Numbered from the stretch's first letter, positions 39,971 to 50,305 are shown. The stretch is 64,000 nt of DNA from an uncultured Candidatus Saccharibacteria bacterium (GCA_964420875.1 CAYQUK010000001.1:74051-138050); one strand, 5' to 3'. Notes: generated by a model from the sequence alone, not told the origin. Made by a program: numbers and translations.

Positions 39971-41629
39971 ATGTTGAGCAAGTTTGATATCAAGAGAGAC
40001 GAAAAGACATTAGAAAAGAACTCTATCGACGCCTCTATATTTAGAATAGTTCCGAGTGGGGTATTTGCTCCGCGTGATAAAAATGAGCTTGTTAAATTTG
40101 TAAACGAAATCATCAAAATAAAAAAAGAAAATCCCAATGAAAAAATAAGTATATCGAGTCGATCTGCTGGGACATGTATGAGTGGAGGGTCTCTCACCTC
40201 AGATCTATTAGTATCTTTTACCGAGCATTTGAATAACATAATAAAGATAGACAAGAAAAACAAAACAATAGAGGTGGAGCCTGGTATGTATTATCGTGAT
40301 ATGGAGCGTGAGACTCTGAAAAGTGGACTCATATTGCCGAGCTATCCAGCATCTCGCGAACTATGTGCCGTCGGAGGAATGATTGGTAACAATGCCGCAG
40401 GAGAAAAGACTTTTAAATATGGAAAGACTGATAAGTATATAGAAGAGATAGAAATGATATGTGCTGATGGTAATGCTTATAACTTTAAAGAAATATCTGG
40501 ACCAGTACTAGACGATGTGTTACAAAATGATCACACATTTTACGGCGACATACATCGTGCGGTGTATAAAATCATAAATGAAAACGAGGGAGAGATAGAA
40601 AAAAATAGACCGACAGTTACCAAAAACAGCTCGGGATATTATATTTGGAATGTTTATAACAAAAATAGACACGCTATGAATCTGGCAAAGCTAATCTGTG
40701 GAGCCCAGGGTACATTTGGAGTGATGACAAAGTTTAAAATACAACTGATAGATGCGGAAGAAAAAAGTCGAATGGCAGTGGTATTTCTCGAGGACATTAA
40801 TGATATGCCGATGATAGTCGAGAAAATATCACCCCTCGCTCCAGAGAGTTTCGAAGTGTTCGACGACCACACATTTCGTATAGCTATGAAGTTCCTCCCG
40901 CAGATTATAAAGAGACTCGGTGGCAGCATGTTTAGTCTAGCAAAGCTTTTTTGGCCAGAGTTCAAAATGCTTATCAGTGGCAATATACCAAAGATTGTAA
41001 TGCTCATAGAGTTTGTAGAAAAAGACAGAGCTACACTTAACAAGAAAACCAGAGAAATAGAAAAGATTTTTAATACTATTCAAATGGATGAGGAGTTGGG
41101 AGATAGGATCAGTGCTCATATAGTTAGAACAGAAAGAGAGGCAAAAAAGTATTGGGTATTTCGTCGCGAGTCATTCAATCTACTACGCAGCAAGTTAAAA
41201 GATGTACGAACTGTGCCATTTATTGAGGATGTAGTTGTGCGTTCTTATGATCTCGCAACATTCCTTCCAAAATTTGAAGAGATACTAGATTCTGAAGATC
41301 TGGTATACACCATAGCAGGGCATGTTGGTGATGGAAATATACATGTTATACCACTCATGAAATTAAGAGATGAGAAAAGTATAGAGCAGATCAAAAGTAT
41401 CTCTGACAAAGTCTACACATTGGTGCAACAATATGGCGGGTCACTGTCTGGTGAGCATAATGACGGACTGATACGCTCGCCATTCCTCCATTACATGTAC
41501 ACCGACAAGATGTTAGATATTTTTAAACAGATAAAAAAAGCATTTGATCCTATGAATATTTTTAATCCAAACAAAAAGATAGATGTGTCTTGGGATTATG
41601 CAGAAAAGTTGATAGACAAGAGGAAATAG
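39971..41629 (+). CDS. FAD-linked oxidase (GlcD/D-lactate dehydrogenase-like, PCMH-type FAD binding)
   Basis: FAD-binding type-4 region (ISSRSAGTCMSGGSL...), C-terminal FAD-oxidase domain. Confidence 0.82.
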   Translation: MLSKFDIKRDEKTLEKNSIDASIFRIVPSGVFAPRDKNELVKFVNEIIKIKKENPNEKISISSRSAGTCMSGGSLTSDLLVSFTEHLNNIIKIDKKNKTIEVEPGMYYRDMERETLKSGLILPSYPASRELCAVGGMIGNNAAGEKTFKYGKTDKYIEEIEMICADGNAYNFKEISGPVLDDVLQNDHTFYGDIHRAVYKIINENEGEIEKNRPTVTKNSSGYYIWNVYNKNRHAMNLAKLICGAQGTFGVMTKFKIQLIDAEEKSRMAVVFLEDINDMPMIVEKISPLAPESFEVFDDHTFRIAMKFLPQIIKRLGGSMFSLAKLFWPEFKMLISGNIPKIVMLIEFVEKDRATLNKKTREIEKIFNTIQMDEELGDRISAHIVRTEREAKKYWVFRRESFNLLRSKLKDVRTVPFIEDVVVRSYDLATFLPKFEEILDSEDLVYTIAGHVGDGNIHVIPLMKLRDEKSIEQIKSISDKVYTLVQQYGGSLSGEHNDGLIRSPFLHYMYTDKMLDIFKQIKKAFDPMNIFNPNKKIDVSWDYAEKLIDKRK

Positions 41630-41917
41630 TTATATCAACTTTATTTTTACCTTGATTTCGTCCCCGTCCCAGACGTCTTCCTTTTTTCTGATAGCTGATT
41701 TGATCGACAACAAATACGTTCCGTTTTTGGTTTGAGGGAATAGGGCGGTGATCCAAGATGTTTTGCCGAGTGTCGCCTCGACTTTTACAAACCCAGCACC
41801 ATAGGTCCTAGCAGCTTTTTTGATTTTTGCCGCCACCTCTTTATCAACATATATAAAATGCCATCCACCCACACCAGGGTATATCCAAACTTTGCCAGCA
41901 ATAGAAAAACTTTTCAT
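41630..41917 (-). CDS. DUF1905-like small protein (95 aa)
   Basis: GWHFIYV...VKVEATLGKTSW...IKVKI pattern resembling DUF1905 beta-barrel proteins. Confidence 0.5.
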   Translation of the reverse strand: MKSFSIAGKVWIYPGVGGWHFIYVDKEVAAKIKKAARTYGAGFVKVEATLGKTSWITALFPQTKNGTYLLSIKSAIRKKEDVWDGDEIKVKIKLI

Positions 41918-41975
41918 AACTTATCAACGTCGAAATTTGGTAATTTCTGACGCGATTTTTACGTTTAAAAATCGG

Positions 41976-42046
41976 CTACCGGACTTGGAATCGAACCAAG
42001 ATTAAAAGCTTCAAAGGCTTCTGTCCTACCTTTAGACGATCCGGTA
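41976..42046 (-). tRNA. tRNA-Gln (anticodon TTG)
   Basis: Reverse complement folds: acceptor TACCGGA/TCCGGTA, anticodon stem GAAGC/GCTTT with loop CTTTGAA, T-arm CTTGG-TTCGATT-CCAAG, discriminator G. Confidence 0.78.
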
Positions 42047-42149
42047 ATTGAGAAACATAATAACACATAAATTTGATTTGCTTAAGTGGGCAAGATGGGT
42101 GTACACTCAGAATATTAAAAAATAAATTCTGCAAAATAATTTCAAAAAC

Positions 42150-42431
42150 ATGCCATTCGAATCTCCAAATAAAGCCCCTGAAGATATACCAGTTCTAACA
42201 GATAGAATAGAGGAGATAAATATGCCTATTTTAGAAATCCCACAAACAGAGCAAATGAGATTGGATACAGAGCGTATGGCAGCAGAAATAAGAGGTTTGT
42301 TGGATGTAAAATCTAGAGAGGAGGCAGAGGTTATGTTCCTCGCGGCTAATGCAGACACTAAGGCGTTACTTAAAAGAGCTGCAGACATAGCGTCAATGAC
42401 AGCAAGAGGTATAACAGTCAAGACTGCATAA
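42150..42431 (+). CDS. Hypothetical protein (93 aa)
   Basis: ORF only; acidic N-terminus and helical C-terminus. Confidence 0.35.
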   Translation: MPFESPNKAPEDIPVLTDRIEEINMPILEIPQTEQMRLDTERMAAEIRGLLDVKSREEAEVMFLAANADTKALLKRAADIASMTARGITVKTA

Positions 42432-42475
42432 GGGGTTTGACCTGTAGTATTTTAAGTGTTAGTTTGAATATATAA

Positions 42476-42766
42476 ATGAAGCAAATTATAAAGCAACTCC
42501 GTGATCTAGTACGCGCCAGCAACCTTTCTTATCCAGAGGTTAGGGCTTTTGAGGCAGGTATTTCAACGCTTCCACTCGAAAATCAAGTAGAACTGTACAG
42601 ACTTTTTAATACTTTCCCAGACCTGATATATCCAACATTTGTGAACTATATGGCAAAACGTCGTGCTGTGGAGACTGGTGCTGATTGGGATGATGCAGTT
42701 GATGCTGAGTTAAAATTCCTCGAGACATACATAGAAGGTAAACGCGTAGGAGACGAGGTCAAATAG
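42476..42766 (+). CDS. Hypothetical protein (96 aa)
   Basis: ORF only. Confidence 0.35.
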   Translation: MKQIIKQLRDLVRASNLSYPEVRAFEAGISTLPLENQVELYRLFNTFPDLIYPTFVNYMAKRRAVETGADWDDAVDAELKFLETYIEGKRVGDEVK

Positions 42767-42775
42767 TGTTAGAAT

Positions 42776-44686
42776 ATGGCGATGACATATCACGGCACCG
42801 TTGCGATAACAAAAGACACTGATGCATATGTGCGCGTACCCGAGCTCGATTACGAGAGCATTTTTGTTAGCAATATACACATGCACACCGCTCTTCAGGG
42901 TGACAAGGTGGAGGTAGAAGTGATTGGCAAGGATGCAGAGGGGAAAATGTTTGGAAAGATCATCAATATCGAGTCTCGTGGTAAACGTGCTCATGCTGGA
43001 ATGTTAAAAGAGGAGAATGGTGTATACGTGCTCGTTCCTCATGACAAGAAAACATATATCAATATTTTGATAAAAAAAGAAATGGCTATGGGTGCAGAGC
43101 CAGGAATGAAAGTTGCCGCAGAGATAACAGAATGGAAAGATCAACGCGAGATGCCATGGGGTCGGGTTATCAAAGTCTTAGGTCGTCCAGGTGAAAACAA
43201 TGCCGAGATGCTTGCGTATGCCATCGAGCGAGGATTTGACGATCAACACACAGGAGCAGTAGCAGAGGAGGCAAAGGCTATACAGAAAAAAGGCATAGTG
43301 CCTGAGGACCTTATCGGTCGCAAGGACTTTAGAGAGATATTAACGTTCACCATTGACCCGGCTGATGCTCAGGATTTTGACGACGCCATATCATTTAAAT
43401 ATCTCGATGATGGGAAATACGAAGTTGGTATACATATCGCCGATGTGAGCTATTATGTGGCCCCTGGGACACATCTAGACGAGGAGGCTATAGAGCGTGA
43501 GACATCAGTGTATCTGGTTGACCGCTGTATACCGATGTTGCCAGAGGAACTTTCTAATGATTTATGTTCTCTTGTTGAGGGTAAGGATAGACTTGTAATG
43601 AGTGCAGTGTTCGTAATGGATGATGAGGCCAATGTACATAGTGAGTGGTACGGCAGATCAGTAATACACAGCGCAAAAAGATTTACATATGAGAATGCTC
43701 AAGAGTCCATGAATACTGGTGGAATACATAGCAAAGAGCTAAATATTTTAAATGCGATGGCAAAGAAAATGACTGTAGCCAGATTTGAAAATGGAGCATT
43801 GTCACTAGACAGTGAAGAGGTAAAGTTCAAACTTGATGAAAATGGCAAGCCTGTGGACGTGTATATAAAGGTCCGCGGTGATACCAACAAGATGATAGAG
43901 GAGCTGATGCTACTCGCAAACAAAAAGGTGAGTGAGTTCATCACAAACAGTCAGACATTAAAACATCCAGTATGTGTGTATCGTATTCATGATAAGCCAG
44001 ACGCTGAGAAGATGCATGACCTAGATCTATTCATACGCGCTCTCGGATACAAAGTTAGATTCATAGATGGTGCTATACCTTCACAGGACCTCAATGAGCT
44101 GCTCAAAAAAGTGGAAGGTAAACCAGAAAAAGATCTACTCCAAACCAATATCACTCGCAGTATGCAAAAGGCGGTATATAGTACTAATAATGTTGGGCAT
44201 TATGGATTGGCATTCAAATATTACTCCCACTTTACATCTCCTATTCGTCGTTACCCGGATGTGCTGACACACAGACTGCTTAATAGGATATTACAAAAAG
44301 ATATGCCGACAGAGCAGGAGTTGTCACCACTTGAAAAGATATGTGCACATGCGAGTTCTCGTGAGAAGGAGGCGGCAGACGCAGAGCGTGGCAGTATCAA
44401 GTACAAACAGGTAGAGTATATGAGTGACCGCATTGGTCAGGAGTTTGTTGGTGTTGTGAGCGGTGTATCTAAATGGGGTATATTTGTTGAGGAGAAAAAG
44501 TCTAAATGCGAGGGCATGATCAGACTGCGCGACCTGGGGGATGACTTTTATACATACGATGAGAAAAATCAGCGTGTGTTCGGTGAGCGTGGAGGCAAAG
44601 AGTGGAAGATTGGCGACCTGCTACAAATCAAAGTCAAATCCGCCGACCTCGAAACCCGCCAAATTGATTACCAGATCATCGGCTAG
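42776..44686 (+). CDS. rnr: Ribonuclease R / RNase II-family exoribonuclease
   Basis: Cold-shock/OB N-terminus, RNB catalytic domain (DPADAQDFDDAISF...), C-terminal S1 domain. Confidence 0.9.
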   Translation: MAMTYHGTVAITKDTDAYVRVPELDYESIFVSNIHMHTALQGDKVEVEVIGKDAEGKMFGKIINIESRGKRAHAGMLKEENGVYVLVPHDKKTYINILIKKEMAMGAEPGMKVAAEITEWKDQREMPWGRVIKVLGRPGENNAEMLAYAIERGFDDQHTGAVAEEAKAIQKKGIVPEDLIGRKDFREILTFTIDPADAQDFDDAISFKYLDDGKYEVGIHIADVSYYVAPGTHLDEEAIERETSVYLVDRCIPMLPEELSNDLCSLVEGKDRLVMSAVFVMDDEANVHSEWYGRSVIHSAKRFTYENAQESMNTGGIHSKELNILNAMAKKMTVARFENGALSLDSEEVKFKLDENGKPVDVYIKVRGDTNKMIEELMLLANKKVSEFITNSQTLKHPVCVYRIHDKPDAEKMHDLDLFIRALGYKVRFIDGAIPSQDLNELLKKVEGKPEKDLLQTNITRSMQKAVYSTNNVGHYGLAFKYYSHFTSPIRRYPDVLTHRLLNRILQKDMPTEQELSPLEKICAHASSREKEAADAERGSIKYKQVEYMSDRIGQEFVGVVSGVSKWGIFVEEKKSKCEGMIRLRDLGDDFYTYDEKNQRVFGERGGKEWKIGDLLQIKVKSADLETRQIDYQIIG

Positions 44687-44741
44687 CCTAGCTTTTACAT
44701 TTTTGGACTTTGTGTTATAATACTTTCACTTATATATTTAT

Positions 44742-45038
44742 ATGCTAAAAATTCGTCTACAAAGAATCGGTCGCAAGAATGACCCACATTTCCGTCTAGT
44801 GGTTACTCCTCATTACCTAAAACCAAAAACTACTCAATACACAGAGATACTCGGTACTTATAATGTTAAGGCTGGTATATTCGAATGCAAGGCTGACCGC
44901 GTAAAATACTGGATGGGTGTAGGAGCTCAAGCTAGTCCAACTGTTTATAATCTACTGATTTCAAAAGGAGTATTAGAAGGTAGAAAGATCAACGTTCTTC
45001 CAAAGAAGTCACCTGTTAAAAAAGAGGCAGCTAAATAG
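44742..45038 (+). CDS. rpsP: 30S ribosomal protein S16
   Basis: MLKIRLQRIGRKNDPHFRLVV... Confidence 0.93.
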   Translation: MLKIRLQRIGRKNDPHFRLVVTPHYLKPKTTQYTEILGTYNVKAGIFECKADRVKYWMGVGAQASPTVYNLLISKGVLEGRKINVLPKKSPVKKEAAK

Positions 45039-45077
45039 CTCTCTATTTGTTACACTGTTAACATAACAATTAAATAT

Positions 45078-45380
45078 ATGCACAAAGATCAAGAATTCGT
45101 AGAATACGTGGTTAAATCTATCGTTGATAATCCTGACAAGGTAGTAGTGACTAGAAAGGTGGATGAGATGGGGGTTTTGATTACTCTGGATGTTGATGGA
45201 GCTGATATGCCAAAGGTTATCGGAAAGATGGGCAATACTGCAAAGGCAATACGCACAATACTCCGTGTTGTAGGAATGAAGAATAACGCCCGTGTGAATC
45301 TAAAGATCAACGAGCCAGCAGGCAGTACTCATGTACAAAACGCAGCAGCTCCAGTTGAAGACTCATTTATACACGAGTAA
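45078..45380 (+). CDS. KH-domain RNA-binding protein (YlqC/UPF0109-like)
   Basis: KH GxxG loop (VIGKMGNTAKAIRTIL); conserved position between rpsP and trmD. Confidence 0.78.
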   Translation: MHKDQEFVEYVVKSIVDNPDKVVVTRKVDEMGVLITLDVDGADMPKVIGKMGNTAKAIRTILRVVGMKNNARVNLKINEPAGSTHVQNAAAPVEDSFIHE

Positions 45381-45418
45381 TATAGACAAAGTTAGAAAAA
45401 TAGGTTATTGTTAGGCCC

Positions 45419-46132
45419 GTGAAGACACGGGCTTTAACATTCCATATAGTTACTATTTTCCCAGACATGTTCGTGTCTTATTTTGCTGAGAGTATAATTT
45501 CGCGTGCGATAGAAAATAAGTTGATAGATGTAAAGACATATGCATTGCGTGAATATACAACTGACAAGCATCGCCGTGTGGACGGCAGACCTTATGCTGG
45601 TGGGCCAGGAATGGTGATGTGGGTAGACCCGATAATCAACTGTGTAGACAAGATAAAGAAAGAGATAGAAAAGAAAGATAAAAAATCTAAAACAAATTCA
45701 AAAACTAAAATAGTGATATTCTCTCCAGGTGGCGAGGACTTTGATACATCTATTGCTAAAAAGTCTGCTAAAAATTATACAGATATTATTTTTATATGTG
45801 GCAGATACGAAGGCATAGACGCGAGAGTGAAAAAGATTTTAAAGGCCAGTGAATGGAGTATCGGTAACTATGTATTAACTGGTGGCGAGTTGCCAGCTAT
45901 GGTCTGTATAGATTCAATATCGAGACAAGTAAAAGGCGTTCTGAATGATGAGAATAGCCTGGAGGAGAGTAGAATCAGTACTCATGAGATATATGCCCGC
46001 CCAGAGATTTACGAGTATGCAGATAAAAAGTATAAAGTACCAAAGGTATTGCTCAGTGGCAATCATAAGTTAATAGAGGATTGGAAAAAAGAGTCTCTAG
46101 CAAAGATACAAAGCAAAAATAAAATGTTATAA
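45419..46132 (+). CDS. trmD: tRNA (guanine37-N1)-methyltransferase TrmD (with K-rich insertion)
   Basis: SPOUT/TrmD motifs (IVTIFPDMF, PYAGGPGMVM, ICGRYEGIDARV, LTGGELPA); rimM and rplS are not present around it. Confidence 0.88.
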   Translation: MKTRALTFHIVTIFPDMFVSYFAESIISRAIENKLIDVKTYALREYTTDKHRRVDGRPYAGGPGMVMWVDPIINCVDKIKKEIEKKDKKSKTNSKTKIVIFSPGGEDFDTSIAKKSAKNYTDIIFICGRYEGIDARVKKILKASEWSIGNYVLTGGELPAMVCIDSISRQVKGVLNDENSLEESRISTHEIYARPEIYEYADKKYKVPKVLLSGNHKLIEDWKKESLAKIQSKNKML

Positions 46133-46144
46133 TCCTCCGTATTC

Positions 46145-46217
46145 GCCGTCGTAGCTCAGTTGGTAGAGCACGTCATTGGTAATGACGAGGTCACCGGTTC
46201 AATCCCGGTCGTCGGCT
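46145..46217 (+). tRNA. tRNA-Thr (anticodon GGT)
   Basis: Acceptor GCCGTCG/CGTCGGC (one U-U mismatch), D-arm GCTC-AGTTGGTA-GAGC, anticodon loop TTGGTAA, T-arm ACCGG-TTCAATC-CCGGT. Confidence 0.75.
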
Positions 46218-46301
46218 CAAAATCTTGTTTGTGTTTTAAATTTGTTTGATGTAGTATCGAAAATAGACCCCGTAAACATTCGAAACAATTTGGAGGCAAG
46301 C

Positions 46302-46652
46302 ATGATAAATTACTTTGTCTATGTAAGAAGGACTCACTCATACGTTGCCGAGTCAATCGGGCAACTTCTCGGTCCAGAGTTTAATGAAAAGGTGAGGGAG
46401 AATTGTGTTTCTAAGAAACGTCGCGGTACAGCCGAATCCAAGATCAGTGTAGTCCAGGTTACACTGGAGCAAGCGAGACAGATACTCGCAAAATGGCCGG
46501 ACAGTGTAAAGTTCTACCGTGAACAAAAAGAAGGAAAAGCCAATGGTGCCGGTCGCTTGACTCTGATAGAGGTCAACAAAAAGGACTTATCTGGTCAAAA
46601 TCAGAGATTGAGGGATATGACTCAAAAAATGAAGAAAGTTAAAAACGCATGA
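46302..46652 (+). CDS. Hypothetical protein (116 aa)
   Basis: ATG with strong SD (GGAGG) 5-9 nt upstream; followed by terminator gccggc-tcg-ccggc + T-run. Confidence 0.5.
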   Translation: MINYFVYVRRTHSYVAESIGQLLGPEFNEKVRENCVSKKRRGTAESKISVVQVTLEQARQILAKWPDSVKFYREQKEGKANGAGRLTLIEVNKKDLSGQNQRLRDMTQKMKKVKNA

Positions 46653-46716
46653 GCGTAATTCTCACTCAAAAGCCGGCTCGCCGGCTTTTTGTTTTGAGAT
46701 AATATATACTAGGTTT

Positions 46717-47655
46717 GTGAAAAAGATTTTATATTTAATAGTTTTTATTTTGGTAATAGTTGGTATATTTTTCTTATTAAAAACTAAAACTAGTTTTCAT
46801 TTTCAAAATCAAATTGGAACAAATATTGTGGGAAGTAAAACAGAGACAAAAAACCATCAAAAGATAATGTTCGTCGGCGATATTATGGTTGGCAGATATG
46901 TGGAGACGTTGATTGATAAAAATGGATTTGAATATATGTTCGCATCTGTCACGTCAATGTTCATGGATACGCTCACAATTGGTAATCTCGAGGGTCCGAT
47001 ACCGGCCGTGCATCAGCATACCAGTAATCTTGGTTTTCAATTTTCATTTAGAAAGGACATCATACAAAAGTTATCAGACATTGGTCTCGACGTTGTGTCT
47101 CTCGCTAACAATCATGGATATGATCATGGTGCTGCTGGATACAAGAACACTAAAAAAGTATTAGATGAGATGAGTATGGGATATTTTGGTAACTATGTGA
47201 ATACTGCTAATGATTATTTTGAGACAGAGCTCGACGATCACAAAGTAATAGTGTTTGGTATTAATGTTGTGGTTGATAATTTTGACAGAGATGCTGAAGT
47301 AGAAAAAGCGAAAAGCTTGGCGCAAGCAAACTCCGACTCATTAGTTGTCGCATTTATGCATTGGGGTAATGAGTATGATGTGATACATAATGCGTATCAA
47401 GAAAAATTAGCAGAAGACCTGATCGATGGTGGGGTGGACCTAATAATCGGCGCACATCCGCATGTTGTGCAGGATATCGGGTATTATAAAGGTGTGCCTA
47501 TTTATTATTCACTTGGTAATTTTGTTTTCGATCAATATTTCTCTAAAAACACTCAAGAGGGGATAGTGGTCCTGGTTGATGTTGTTGACGGGCATGTAAA
47601 ATTTGAGGAGAAACATATAAAGATAGACCGCAGCAGGCCGTATTTCGTTGATTAG
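46717..47655 (+). CDS. CapA-family (poly-gamma-glutamate/metallophosphatase-like) membrane-anchored protein
   Basis: N-terminal TM; GDIMVGR, NLEGP, LANNHGYDHG, MHWGNEY, GAHPHVVQ motifs characteristic of the CapA/PGA_cap family. Confidence 0.75.
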   Translation: MKKILYLIVFILVIVGIFFLLKTKTSFHFQNQIGTNIVGSKTETKNHQKIMFVGDIMVGRYVETLIDKNGFEYMFASVTSMFMDTLTIGNLEGPIPAVHQHTSNLGFQFSFRKDIIQKLSDIGLDVVSLANNHGYDHGAAGYKNTKKVLDEMSMGYFGNYVNTANDYFETELDDHKVIVFGINVVVDNFDRDAEVEKAKSLAQANSDSLVVAFMHWGNEYDVIHNAYQEKLAEDLIDGGVDLIIGAHPHVVQDIGYYKGVPIYYSLGNFVFDQYFSKNTQEGIVVLVDVVDGHVKFEEKHIKIDRSRPYFVD

Positions 47656-47677
47656 CAAATTGTGTTATATTTTAGAG

Positions 47678-49540
47678 ATGAGTAAAACTACTACCAAATT
47701 CGTCCGTGACCAATTCCTGACACATATGAAAGAGAATGGTCACGCCATAGTGCCATCATCAGCTCTGGTGCCTGATAATGACCCCACAACACTGTTTACA
47801 GGCTCTGGCATGCAGCCAATGTTGCCATATCTACTCGGCCAGTCACATCCACTCGGGGCTCGCATTGCTGACTCACAAAAATGTTTCCGTTCGCAGGATA
47901 TCGAGGAGGTGGGAGACAACAGACATACGACATTTTTTGAGATGCTTGGCAACTGGTCACTGGGGGACTTTTTCAAAGAGGGGCAAATAGATATAATGTG
48001 GGACTTTTTGATTAACAAAATAAAGCTGGATCCAAATAGAATATATTTTACCGTGTATCGTGGCAATGAGGCTCTAGGTATTGGTCGCGATGATGTGGCA
48101 ATAGGTAAATGGCAAGAGAAGTTCGCATCGCTCGGCATCACTGCGAACGTTGGTAATATGTCAGAGGTTGATGGGATTAGAGATGGAGAGAGAATATTTT
48201 GTTTTCCTGATAAGAAAAACTGGTGGTCTAGAGCTGGTGTGCCAGAGAACATGCCAATAGGCGAGCCAGGAGGGCCTGATACTGAGATGTTTTATGATTT
48301 TGAACACGGAAAAGAAAAAGTGTTGCACAAGGCTAGTCAGTGGGCTAGCGAGGAGTGTCACGTGAACTGCGACTGTGGCAGATTTATCGAGATTGGGAAC
48401 AATGTATTCATGCAGTATATGCGTACAGAAAAGGGTGTGGAAGAATTAAAACAAAAGAATGTGGACTTTGGTGGAGGACTAGAGAGAATAGTGGCAGCAC
48501 TGAATGATGACAGTGATGTTTTTAATATTGATGTGTTTGAAAAAGCGAAAGAGATTATTAAAGACATATCAAAACAGGACTATGCAAACGAGAATGTCTA
48601 TGCGTACCGCGTTATACTCGACCACTTGCGCGCTGCGACATTTCTAATTGGTGATGGAGTATTCCCAGGGAACAAGGATCAGCAATATTTCGTACGCCGC
48701 CTGATTCGTCGCGCTGTCAGATTCGCAAAGAAATTGAATGTAAATGAGAACTTTACATCTCGCGTGGCCGAGACTTTTATAGATGTATACAATGATGAGT
48801 ATGCGAATCTTAATGTTAAGAGAGACGAGATCAAAAACATTATCGACCAAGAGGAGACAAAATTCCGAAAGACTTTGGAGAACGGACTAAAGGAGTTTGA
48901 AAAGATATCAAAGACTGATATAAATGCAAATGACGCATTTAATCTATTGCAATCTTTTGGATTCCCAATTGAATTGACTGAGGAGCTTGCTAAAGAAAAA
49001 GGCGTGAGCATAGACATGGCAGGATTTAAAACTTTAAAAGACGCGCACAGTGAGTCATCTCGTACTGCCTCAGTGGGTAAATTTAAAGGTGGGCTCGGTG
49101 GAGATGGGGAAATGGAGATAAAGTATCACACAGCGACACATATGCTGCATGAGGCACTGCGTGAGGTATTGGGTGAACATGTGTATCAAAAGGGTAGTAA
49201 CATCACTAGCGAGAGGCTCCGTTTTGACTTCTCACATGACAACAAGATGACTGACGAGGAGAAAAAGAAAGTCGAGGACATTGTAAATGAGCAGATTAAG
49301 AATAATTTAAAAGTAACTCGTGAGGAGGTAACTTATGAAAAGGCGCGTGAGATGGGGGCTATAGGAGTGTTCGACCACAAATACGAGTCGCTAGTGAGTG
49401 TGTATCACGTGGGGGACTTTTCTCTCGAGTTCTGTGGTGGACCACATGTCGAGTCAACAGGCAATATGGGCCATTTCAAAATCTTGAAAGAAGAGGCTGT
49501 ATCACAGGGTGTGAGACGTATCAAGGCAGTACTGGAATAA
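47678..49540 (+). CDS. alaS: Alanyl-tRNA synthetase, short form (catalytic + tRNA-binding + editing core, no C-Ala domain)
   Basis: AlaRS N-terminus (FTGSGMQP, FEMLGNWSLGDFFKEGQ), editing-domain zinc motif HTATHMLH...CGGPHV; ends ~250 aa earlier than typical bacterial AlaRS. Confidence 0.88.
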   Translation: MSKTTTKFVRDQFLTHMKENGHAIVPSSALVPDNDPTTLFTGSGMQPMLPYLLGQSHPLGARIADSQKCFRSQDIEEVGDNRHTTFFEMLGNWSLGDFFKEGQIDIMWDFLINKIKLDPNRIYFTVYRGNEALGIGRDDVAIGKWQEKFASLGITANVGNMSEVDGIRDGERIFCFPDKKNWWSRAGVPENMPIGEPGGPDTEMFYDFEHGKEKVLHKASQWASEECHVNCDCGRFIEIGNNVFMQYMRTEKGVEELKQKNVDFGGGLERIVAALNDDSDVFNIDVFEKAKEIIKDISKQDYANENVYAYRVILDHLRAATFLIGDGVFPGNKDQQYFVRRLIRRAVRFAKKLNVNENFTSRVAETFIDVYNDEYANLNVKRDEIKNIIDQEETKFRKTLENGLKEFEKISKTDINANDAFNLLQSFGFPIELTEELAKEKGVSIDMAGFKTLKDAHSESSRTASVGKFKGGLGGDGEMEIKYHTATHMLHEALREVLGEHVYQKGSNITSERLRFDFSHDNKMTDEEKKKVEDIVNEQIKNNLKVTREEVTYEKAREMGAIGVFDHKYESLVSVYHVGDFSLEFCGGPHVESTGNMGHFKILKEEAVSQGVRRIKAVLE

Positions 49541-49545
49541 CTTTG

Positions 49546-49725
49546 TTTGCAGAGGTGGTTTTGGGAGTATAATTAAATTCTCAGATCCGATGAACAAAAG
49601 TGATGAACGTTCTGTACGTCAAGAGAGAACACTGGATTAGATTAGTCTGGTTTTCGTCCTGGAGATTGTCGGGTCTGGCCAAATTCTAAAAGGTTGCGAA
49701 CGTTGCAACCTTTTTTATTTGCAAA
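49546..49725 (+). ncRNA. Candidate small RNA 1 in a GC-rich intergenic region (promoter TTTGCA-16-TATAAT; terminator ggttgcgaacgttgcaacc+T6)
   Basis: Promoter-like and terminator signals bracket ~140 nt; only a 16-codon ORF without SD inside. Confidence 0.25.
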
Positions 49726-49739
49726 AAAATGTAGATCTG

Positions 49740-49990
49740 ATAGGATTTATCTTGGAACAGGCAGAGCTTTGACTAAGGATGAAAACGTGAACAACAGGTT
49801 GATTTCGCAATTCTTCCCTGCCCACGTCGCAAATTTCTCGATTAGACGCTCGTATGGTTGCGCCACCGGTTCTCCGGCGCTGCACACAGTTTGATCATTA
49901 ACGGGCAAGGCCCCTCATCTAGCATTCAAGGTCTAGCTTTGCCTGAACCACCTCTCAAGGCCCCGCAATGCGGTGGCTTTTTTATTTGCA
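49740..49990 (+). ncRNA. Candidate structured RNA 2 / leader upstream of a small membrane protein gene
   Basis: ~230 nt, GC-rich, ends in an intrinsic terminator (ccccgc-aat-gcggtgg + T6) immediately before the next ORF, which is compatible with a riboswitch-type attenuator; a weak resemblance to the cobalamin-riboswitch core (GGTtctCCggCGCtGcaCaCAGT) is not convincing. Confidence 0.2.
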
Positions 49991-50000
49991 TAATTTATAT

Positions 50001-50303
50001 ATGTGCTACACTTTTAATATTATGATCTGGATAAAAATATTTGGGATGTTTATATTCTGGTTTGCTTTTGGATTTTTATTGCTTGTCTCTGCTGCACTCA
50101 TGGGTGGCGCACCGGACTCTGACTCGGCAAAGGTCTTGAAATATACAGCAATGGTGGCTTTTGTTCCTCTCATACTATTTTACATTTACAGAGCTGTAAG
50201 ATTTTATTTTTTCCAAGGCGAAAATTTGTTTATTACCTCAGACCTCGTCTGGTACGTAATACCTACAGTTTTGGTGGCATTTTTTGTCTATATATCAAAA
50301 TAA
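50001..50303 (+). CDS. Small hypothetical membrane protein (~100 aa, 3 TM)
   Basis: Hydrophobic ORF; start placed after the terminator (ATG 50001). Confidence 0.4.
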   Translation: MCYTFNIMIWIKIFGMFIFWFAFGFLLLVSAALMGGAPDSDSAKVLKYTAMVAFVPLILFYIYRAVRFYFFQGENLFITSDLVWYVIPTVLVAFFVYISK

Positions 50304-50305
50304 TC

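Noticed and set aside
49694-49894. 66-aa ORF inside the GC-rich non-coding stretch
   Set aside because: No RBS, spans a terminator, composition not protein-like; the region is better explained as RNA.
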